Origin: the human T2T-CHM13v2.0 reference genome, Homo sapiens
Reading direction: 5' to 3' (one strand)
DNA: 64,000 nucleotides
NCBI RefSeq assembly: GCF_009914755.1
Contig: NC_060944.1
Part shown: one piece after another, positions 33,821-43,500 of the stretch
Layout of the letters: each line of letters begins with the position of its first letter
How positions within the stretch are numbered: position 1 is the stretch's first letter
Program-made: the position numbers and the translations under genes
The notes under the pieces: generated by a model
The model's database searches: none
What the model was told of the DNA's origin: nothing
Seen by the model: the letters and a program-made list of their open reading frames with translations, nothing else

Positions 33821-36354
33821 CCTCAGACTGCGCCCGCCGCCGCGAAGCGCCCCACCCCCTGCCCGCGCGCCCGCGCGCCCGCCGCCCATTGGCCGCGGCG
33901 CGCCCACATGCAAATGTATCGCCGTCGCGCTCTCCCATTGGCCAGCGAGGTGCCGCGCTCAGGGCGCTCCCCTGGGTCCTAGAGGCGGTCGGACGCAGCA
34001 GCAGGGAGTCGGGAGCTGCGCGCCTCCCCGCCGGTTCGAGTCCCCGTCTTGGGACCTGCGGCCGCGGGGCTCTCGCTTTCTGTTCCCTTTGCTGTATGGC
34101 GGCCTTCGCGGATGGCCTCCATCGAGCGCACATTTTAAGGCTCCGGACCCAGGGCGGCGTGGGTGAGGCCCCAGCACACTTCCCTGTCCGGAGGTGTGTC
34201 TGGGCGGCGCTTCAGCGGGCGCAGGGCGGCCCCTGGAGGAGCCCCACCGCTTCCCGGAAGGGCCCGCGTGCCATCTGGCCTCCTTCATTGACAGAAGGGA
34301 ACGAGGGTCTGAGTGGAGAAGGCACCTGCTTGGGATCAAAGCCCCAGGCAGAGTCCTGCACTTCCTGCAGTAGCAAAGTGACCTTGAGCCTGCCTTGTGC
34401 CCAGGCCTGTTTCCTCTCTGTGCCTGGGTGCCCCTGACTTCAGAACCTGTGAGCCCGTGGCACCGGGATGGTCAGGGCCTGCCTCTGGAGCCCGGGAGCC
34501 TGTCTGCAGTCTGGAGGGGAACCCGCTGTATCTTTGTGGAGGGACTCAGGACCTTGCACCCACCTCTGTGTCACCTGCCTGCTCTGTCCAGCTTTCTTTC
34601 ATGGGTTTACGTATCTTTAAAGAGGGGACAATGATTTCAGCCTCAGGGTACTGTCAGGATGAAACTGGCTCAGTGAGGGGGTCGGGCTGTGGCCGGAGGC
34701 CAGGCACATGCAGTGGTCAGTCCGCGAATGCGCTGCAGTACCTCGCACCTGCCCGCATGCGCCCAGCCTCTCCTGTGCTGGGTGCTGGGGACCCGGTGGG
34801 ACCGACAGGCACAGCGCTGGCCCTAGGAGCACCTGGTGTGTGGGGAGGCAGCATGATGGCCAACAAGGCAGTGGGCGAGTGGGCAAGACAGGGTCTTCAT
34901 CACCACCCCTAGCATGGGCCCCTGCCCTTCAGGCCCCTACCCACCTCCCGCCTGCCTGCTCCCTCCTGTGGGCCTTCACGGGCCACCATTGGGGCTCACG
35001 CAGCATGCAGCACCTCCATTTCCTTTCCCTCCGCCCTTCCAAGTTGGCCTCCAAGGCCTCTGCCAGGCCTAGGGGAAGGTGGGCAGCTGTCCTGTCTAGG
35101 AGAACGCGGGGCTGGGTGGCATAGCAGAGGGGTGGCTGCGGATTCTGGATCCACAGAATGGGGTGCTGACTTGTGTGCCTGGGGGCTCCCGTGAGCGGGG
35201 AGTGAGTGTGTCCAGCGCTGTAGGGTGCTGAGGCTGGGGCAGGCACACAGTGGGCCCTCCATCCCTGCTGGCTATCACCAGGAGGAGGGGCCTGACAGGG
35301 GAGGGTGGGCCATACACCAGCAGCTTGCAGAGAATCTGGTGTCAGATGAGAACAGAAAGGGGCGAGTGAGGGTGGAGGGCAGGACGCAGGAGGCAGGAGG
35401 CAGCTGTCCGTGCTGGCTGCAGCGCCGGGTCCTGGGGATCGGCTGTGCAGTAGGGGGGCCCCTAGCCAGTTCTTCTTTGCTGGCGCTAAGCTAGACTTTG
35501 AGGGACAAGGAGGAATGCTGAGGAAGGAACGGGGTCTCTTCCTGGGTCTGGTGAACCCCCTTGCTAGGCTCCCGCTGCCAGTCTTCTCCCCTCCCCAGGG
35601 TGTCGATGGGTGGCCAAAAGCCAACCTGGCCTGCGGGCAGTGTGTAGGGAACACACGGCTTTTGTTTCGTGTGATTCTGGAGAAATTAAAGCAACCTTTA
35701 ACACACCTGGACTTCCCTCTTGGGAGTTCAGTCCCTCTGGCCTCTCAGGACAACAGGCAGACATGTCACAGGCTGCAGGTGGGAGGCAGTGCCCCCTGAG
35801 TCAGGCCCGCACCCCAGTCTGGCCCAGGCCTCACCCAGCCCAGTCGTTGGCCCGTGTCCTGCCATCCCTGTGATGCGTGGTTTTAAATGCCCAGCTCACC
35901 TTGGTGCTTTGGCTGCAGAGGGCCCTGCTCATGAGTTTCGCTCCTTATTTTCTTTGGCTCTCACCCTGAACTCTGAGCAGGTGTCAAGCGCAGGGCTCTG
36001 TCTGGATGCTCCTGACTGCAGGCCTGGCCCTTGGGCTGACTTCTTAGTTTCCCCCTTGCCCTGGCACCCCTCCGTGGCCCCCACCTTTCCTTTCTGCCTG
36101 ATCCTTGTCCATTTTTCTAGAGTTGGGGTCTCAGCAAACTTCCCAGAACATCCTAGCTCCTTGCCTACTTGGCACACTCCTGTTCATCCCTCAGAACCCA
36201 AATTTGGGTTGCAGGTGCCACCTGCCTTGACCTCCCAGGGACACCTGCTCTCCTCCCCGTCCCCCAACACTGGCCATGACTTGGTGCCATTGCTCCTTTG
36301 CCCACCGCTCCCTGATGCCCAGCAGAGGTGTCAGTGCCCAGTGTCTCTGCCCTG

Positions 36355-36520
36355 TAAGGGGCAGTTCTCAGACTTCACATTTAGGAGAATTACCTCTGGG
36401 AGCTTCTTAAAACACAGACTCCAGGCTCACCTCTAAAGTCCTGGTTCAGTGGATCCGGGGTTGGGCCCAAGAATCTATTTCTTAAGCTCCTCCCACGAAG
36501 CTGGGAGGGACTGATACTCA
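36355..36520 (+). mobile_element. MER5A-like remnant
   Basis: CAGTTCTCAGAC...AGAATTACCT...GGGCCCAAGAATCT...AAGCTCC. Confidence 0.55.
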
Positions 36521-36796
36521 TCCTCCCCCGAGGAGCAGACAGCCTTGAGTGCTCCCGGTGGAGTCCTGGCGAGCTGCCCTGTGGCTGCCAGGCCAGGGAC
36601 TAGTGAGGAGGGGCAGGTGCACACGGCCGCCGCTGTGGCCAGGCACTTCCCCGAGGGTGCCCTGGTCCCTTCCCGCTGCAGACTCTGCAGAGGAGCTGGT
36701 TTTATTCTGCCCTCCCGCAAGGGGGTGACCTCCAGTCCCTGGCACAGTCAGTGGTGTCCTGGGGCCCTGCCAGACACATGCACGGTTCTTCAAGTG

Positions 36797-36802
36797 TTTA
36801 TT
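36797..36802 (-). terminator. RBBP8NL: RBBP8NL polyadenylation signal AATAAA (second copy at 36701-36706)
   Basis: TTTATT on the + strand ~620 nt beyond the stop codon. Confidence 0.75.
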
Positions 36803-37421
36803 CTCCGTCACTCAGGGGACCCGGTCTTCGAGGGTGCTGCCGCCCACTGTCTCCCTCCACCCTCACTGCCAGACATCTGTTTGCTGTCAGCCCACGAGGG
36901 GGCGTCCAAGATTGTGCTTGGAGCTTGGCGGGCAGGGGTGGGGGTCCGAGTGGTCCGTTGCCTCCCAGAGCGTGGGCACTGCCTGGGAACGGCTGCAGTG
37001 CACAGCAGGGGTAGGGCTGGGCTGGAGCCTGAGTGATCCCGCCTCCAGTCCCCACACCCCTCAGGGAGCAGGTGCTGGGCTGTGGGAGGGGCCGCAGAGC
37101 ATTTCCCAGGTGGGTGGAGACGGGGTGAATCGCCAGCCTGAGACCCCTCTCGGTCCTCCAGCCCCTCTTGAAGTGGGCCAGGATGTGCCCGTCACCGGCT
37201 CTTCGGGGTTGCCTGCTGGTTGGGTGGTGTGCCCTCTCCAGGCTGTGGTGAGCAGGCAGAGAGCTGCCCTGGGCTCACTGTGGGTTCAGCTGAGGCTGGC
37301 TAGGTCTTCTCCCAGGGTTCTGTGCAGGGCTGCCTGCTGGTTGGATGGTGTGCCCTCTCCAGGCCCTGGTGGGCAGGTGGAGGGCTGCCCCGGGCTCGCT
37401 GTGGACCCTGGTGCAGGCTGG

Positions 37422-37540
37422 CTAGGTCTCCTCCCAGGGGCTGCTGTTGGGGGAGGGACTGTGGTCCTCGGCGTCCCTTGGGCTCCCGGGCCCCTCAGTG
37501 GCTGTCAGTTTCCTTCTCCCTCTGGATGGCTTTTTGGAGG
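37422..37540 (-). CDS. RBBP8NL: RBBP8NL exon 14 (coding part)
   Basis: ASKKPSRGRRKLTATEG...NSSPWEET*. Confidence 0.9.
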
Positions 37541-40500
37541 CTATGGGAAGTGGCCGGAGGTCAGGCCGGAGCTGTGTGCCTTCCTTTGAGGCAACACTGG
37601 CTCTCACCTAGGGCCTCCTGGGTCTCCTCTGGGCACGGGGAGCTGGGTGCTTGGGGAAGTTTGCTGGCCACCCTTGTTCCTACAGAAACCGGTGCCCAGA
37701 GCAGGGGTAGCCCGATCTGAGGGTGAACCCTGAGAATTGGGTGGAGGGTGGACACTCTCCCCATTGTGTGACCCCGAACACGGCACTGACCCCAGTGGCC
37801 CCCTTCCTGCCTTGGAGGGAGCCAGGCCATACTGGCTGGCCTGACACTGGCTGCGGGCCTCAGCAGGCCTGCCCCCGGGCTAGGGCCACATGGGAGGGGC
37901 GCCTGGTTCCTGCGATGGTCCGGGGACGGGGATCCTGCCGAGATGCTGGGCTTAGGCCATCTCTGAGGCACAGCAAGCTCAGGCTCTGAGTTGAATGGGT
38001 CAGGTTTGAATCCTGACACAAGTCCCAGACCTGTGACCTTGGGCAAGTGACCTCTCCCCTCTCAGCCTCAATTTCTGCACCAGCCAAACAGTGATGATCC
38101 TACCTGCTGGGCAGGGTCATAAGGCTCACAGGCAGCCACAGCTGCACCCACTCTTCTGGGGCACTAGGCACGAGGATGCTGGCTCTGGCGCTGAGCTGTG
38201 CTCATGCTGGGCAGGGACCTGCTCTCACTGATCGCCACAGCAGTTTCTCAGGAGCCCCTGCCAGCGTCCCTGGTCCCGGCTCAGGTAGGAGCACAAGGGT
38301 GTGCTGGCTCACAGACTGCACCCCCCGGGGCCATTTCCACCCACTCAGCAGGAAGTGCCTCAAATAAGGGCCGTGCTGGTCTCTACTGCCGCTCCGGGCA
38401 GACGCAGGCCATGGCCACCTGCCGGCAACAATGGCACACAGTGGCAGCACCACCCCGCCTGCTGCCTGCGGGCCTTGCCCGGAGAAAAACCAGGGCCATA
38501 CAATTAGGTGTTCAAAGTCTCTCATGGGCTCCTGGACCCCAGCTGGAGCTGCCATTGAGCCCAGAGCAGGAAGTGAAAAGTTGTCCCGATACCCTCGGAC
38601 CAGGGCCGAGGCTCCTGCCGGCATTACTGGGAGGAGCTGGGTCCAAGGACACTGCCCTTGGCAAACACTGGAGCCGTCCGCAATTCCCCAGGGGAGCAAA
38701 CGTGCCCCCATGCCCCTCGGGGCTGTGCCTTCTGCGCTGACCCTGTCTGCAGGTGGACAAGGGGCCCTGGGGATCTGCTCCTTGTGGCAGCGGCTTATCC
38801 TGTGCACCAGGACACCCTTCCTTCCAGGATGATGGTGGGGACAATGACCATCCCCTGGCTCCTTCTCTCACCGAAATATCCTACGATCCCTAATGTCAGC
38901 CCCCTTACAGGCGAGGAGACTGAGGCTCAGATTTGGAAGGACCTGACACCAACCTACACAGTCAGAGGCTGCACAGGAAGGACTCACTCCGGCCACCCTC
39001 GCCCTCCTCTGTGGGGTTCATTTGGGGAGGGTTGAGGTTCATTTTTGGCTCCATCATTCTGAGGCTGCCATTCTCCAGGCAGCCAGGAGGAGAGGTGGCA
39101 CTGGGGAGAGGTGGGTGCTGTGGCTCCCCTCGCCCCCTTCCCTGCACCTGCCCCATGCCAGCTGTACCTTTGTCCCCAGGCTCCGAGGCCCGCTTCCTCT
39201 TCCGTGGTGGACCCTGCCCGTGCTCCTGGGTGCAGATGCACTCAGGCCCCTCCCCGGTCGTGCTCGTAGTGGCCTCCGCCTGGGAGCTCAGGCCCACCTG
39301 GGGAGAAGGGGGTGTGGTCACGAGGAGGACTGCCTCCTGGCCCTGCCCTGCTGAGTGTGTGGCCTGGACCCACCTCGCTGCCTGGGGTGTCTGTCTCATC
39401 CAGTTCGTCGGACTCTGGTCTCAGCACTTCAGCCTTGCTGGGCTCTGAAGGATGCAGAGTGTGGGGTCAGGCCAGGCTGGTGGCACCGGGAGTCTCCCGA
39501 GCCTGCCAGACTAGGATGGGTGGAGCCAACTCTGCAGATGGGGAAACTGAGGCACGGAGGGCCAAGTGACCTGCCCCAGGGCACTGGCTGACAGGAGGCC
39601 GACTGGGGTTTGGGCCCAGGCCTAGTGTCCCCATCAGTTGGGGTTCCCGCCCCTGGCTTGGATGCTGCATGATGGGGCACTCACAGCCTGCTTGCCAGCC
39701 CTAATTGCTAAGGTGCTTTTCCCCCTCACTGAGTGTTGTTAGAGAGGCTCCTGCCAGGCCCTCGGCTTCCTCCGGTGTCTGCAGGTGGAAGAGCCAAGCC
39801 CTGGAGCCTGGGGTTGCCCCGTCAGATCGGCAGGGCAGAGCTGGGCCTGGAGACACCCACTCCTGGTGGGCACTGACCACCACCCTCTCTCTCCGTGGGG
39901 AAAACACCTCCCAGCTGGACTCTGACCCCAGGTGCTGACTGTACCTGGGTGGCCGTCCAGGTCAGGCGGCTGTGGGTGGGGAGGCGGCTGTGGGTGGGGA
40001 GGTGGCAGAGGCCTCCCTGTGTCTTCATCTTCTGTACTGCCTGGAGAGGACAGGCTGAGCTGGGACCCTGGAAGTGGGCGTGAGGGGTCCTGGGGGGAGG
40101 CAAGTAGGTGGCTTGAGTTTATTTGGGAGACTTCCTTGCCGCCAACTCAGCCCTGGACAGCCGGTGGGACCCCTCTTGAGGCTGCAGCTGGTGGAGGGGC
40201 CTGCCTTTCCCTTTATAGTGTGGATGAGGCAGCCTCGCTTTCTCCCTGGGAAACAACTTGGTGGGCAGAGGGAAAAGAGCAGCCCGAGGTCTGGGGGGAG
40301 GCCGGCCCGGGGTGGGGGACGTGGAGGCTGAGGACCGGGTCTGAGCCAGGACCGGGCTCCTTACCATGGGAGTGGAAGCCTCCTCCTGCTCTGGCACTCT
40401 GGTCCCCTTGGTGCCATTGCTGAGTGCCTGGGGACTGCGAGTCAGGGGTCCGGACTGGGTGGGTGGCTCGGGGCTGGCAGTGTGGGCAGCGGCAGGGCTG

Positions 40501-43500
40501 AGTGACCCATGCTGGCCGGCCGGCTTGGGAGTGTCCTGGCCCCGGGCCCGGCCCCACTCCGAGAGGTCCAGGGGCTTGTCTAGGGCACAGTCCTGCGTGG
40601 CTGCAGCCTCTGTCCTCTGGGCGCGGCCCGGGCCTGCAGGCTGTGTGTGCCGCCCTCCAGACAGGCCTGCTGCGGCCAGAGCTGCCCTGGTCCCCTCATT
40701 CTCAGGGCCCTCAGAGTCTGAGCCGACTGGTAGGGAGGGCAGCATCTCCCCGGGTGTGGGCTGGCCCCTTGGCCTGACACTGCCTGCCCTGGCCCTAGCC
40801 CGCAGCTGCTGCTGGGCCAGGAGCAGGTGCAGTGCCCCCTCCAGGCGAAGGTTCTGCATGCCCGCCAGGGCACTGGGCAGCCCCAGCAGTTCTGTGGGCT
40901 CCTCCCAGGCCTCTGCTTCTCTGGCCTTCAGGTCCTGGAGCCGGGGGTCGCTGGGGGCTGCAGCAGGGGCCAGGGGGCTGCTGTGGGGGCTCTGAAGGTG
41001 CAGGGACAGGGGGCGGTTTAGGAGGCAGAGCCGGTCCACCTTCGGGGAGAGCTTCGGGGCCTCATGGGTCATGGCGGAGGGCCGGGAGGCCCGCAGGAAG
41101 CTGTGAGGGAGGAGAAGCCGAATGACCATGGCTGTGTGGAGCCGTGACCGTCCCAGCGAGCCCTGAGAGGGAGAGACGACAGGCACCCACTCCACAGGCG
41201 AGGAAACTGAGGTCCAGAGAGGTGCAGCAAGCTGCATGGGTCCCATGGCAGGTAGTGGAGGGAGGGGAGGCTCAGCCCCCAGCTCTGGAGGCCATGCTGT
41301 GTGGACCTGGCCAGAGGTGGCCTGTGGTCTGGGCTCCAAGGTGGGGCCAGATGCCGAGGCCTCCGTGTCTTCTTGGCAGGGACATCGGCCCCCTGCTCCT
41401 CACCTGGAGGGTCCTAGCCACCTGTCCACCCTCCACACCCTACTTGTTCTCAGACAATGTCCACATCCCCTGCCCCCACGCCCCAGGCCTGGCCACTCTG
41501 GAGGTGTCCACGTGGGAACTTTGCTCCAGGCTGGGTGCCCAGAAAAAGCCAAGCCAGAGAAGGTCAGGGCTGTGAGGGATAATCAGAGGGACTGCCCTGG
41601 GACCAGGGGCTGAGAGAAGAGCTCATCTGAGGCTACTCTGGGTGAGGGTGGGGCAGGTGGGCACCTGTCCAGGGAGAGGCCACGCTCATACGCTGGGCTG
41701 GGTGGGCTGCTCCTGGCGGGCAGTGGTGGGGGCGTCCCATTGGCGGGGCCTCGGTCGGCAGGGCAAGCCTGGGACCCAGGCCGCACCACGGCAATGGTCC
41801 CGTGCAGCTGGTTGGAGATGCGCTGGGGGCTCTGTGAGGATGGGTGGGTCAGCCTGGGCGGGGGCATGCGTGGCCTCTGCTGTGGCCTCTGCCATAGCCT
41901 CTGCTGCCTGCCCTGGGCTGCTCCCACTCTGCCCCTGCTCACTGCTGAGCTGCACCCCCACCCACGCCAAATGGAGCGCAGTGGCTCCTGCCCGGGACAA
42001 AGGAGGGGCACATTCAGGGTTAGGCGCATGAGAGGCTGGCATACTGAAAGTGCAGCTGCCTCCAGCCTCCTGCCTGCGCCGGCCCAGCTGCACCTGGTGG
42101 GCTCCCGGTCCCTGCCCTTACCATGTCTGGGGCTCGCGACTCAGGCAGGGTGGCCCCTGGGGAGATTTTGGCCACTGGAGATGTCCTGTGCCCTGCTGGC
42201 TTTTCTGTGGGAGGAGAAGCCAGGGGCAAGAGCTTGGGAGGTGCTCAGAGGGGCAGCGGCCCAGCCCCAGGGGGAGGATCCCTGGTCCTGCGGGGGCCCA
42301 GCCTCCCAGCCTCACCCGGTCCCCACAGCACCTTCTCCCCGTAGGCCCACGCCCTGGTGGTCTTCCTCAGCCTCCTCGTGGCCTCCCGGTGGCTTCTCTG
42401 TGATGGCCTTCCAGCCACCAGGGGAGGGGAGCAGCAGGGGTGAGGGGGGGTCCGAGGTGCCCTCCTTGGCCCGGGGCTTGGGCCTGTCTCTAGAGGGGAG
42501 GCAGAGACAGGGAGGGTGAGGGAGAGCAGCATCTCGGGAGATGATCAGAAAAGCCGGGCCCACTCCTGGGTGACCCCAGGTGACGCAGCTGTCCCGACAC
42601 TGCCTGAGAGTCCTCCATGGGCGGTTCCCCCAGGGACGTGTGCTGGGTGCTGCTCGGGGGGTGCTGGGGAGTTGGGTGTCTGAGCCCTGGGACCCTTTCC
42701 CACTCACCCCAGGCCCCGAAGCCGCTTCACCTCCTCCTTCAAGGTCTCGTTCTCTTCCTTCAGCCCGTTCATCTCGTTGGCTGCAAAAGGCACTGATGAG
42801 CAAAGCAGCCAGGGGTTGGGGGGGACAGGGGCAGGGGTGGGGTCGTCACAGCACCAGGGAAGCCCCTCAGCAGTGCCCCCAGCACGTAGCCCAGGGCCTG
42901 GCAGGCAGCAGGGGCGCCGTGGATGCTGGCTGCGTGCATGGCTGATTGGATGCTGTTGAATGAGCAGTGCCGGCCTCGAGGGAAGGGGGCTTGCCCTTGG
43001 TCATCAGGAGGGCCACTGGGGCCTCAGCACTGCAGGACCTTCCGCATCTCAGGAAGGAGGCCGCGCCCAGTGGGGGCCGGGATGCCCCCAGCCCAGGGGA
43101 GGGAGGCTGTGTTGAGGGAGGGCCACACCAGCGCCGGCTGGGGGCTTTGTGTGTTTGTCTGTAGATTGGGTTGTGAGGTTCCCCCAGTGGTGTGGGGCCG
43201 ATCGTCCTGCCTCCTTTCCCCATGCCCCTACATGGGCTGAACAGGCCTGGGGTCGCCTGGCCCCGTGGGAGAGGACCCCGGTTGTCTGGTGGGTGGGGCT
43301 CACTGAGGATGAAGATGCGCTGCAGGTTCTGCAGGTGGGAGCTCTCGAACTCCTGCTGCCGCTTCCTGGCCAGCTCCTGGGTGACCATGCAGCGGTCGCA
43401 CAGGCCGGCCCGCAGCCTGCAGGGATGGGGACGCAGGGGGTGTGAGGGATGGCACGGAAGCCACAGAGGGCCTGGGACACTCACTGCCCCACTGCTGGGA

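Noticed and set aside
33821-33913. In-frame N-terminal extension of CABLES2
   Set aside because: The upstream ATG is part of a CCAAT box and probably lies upstream of the TSS.
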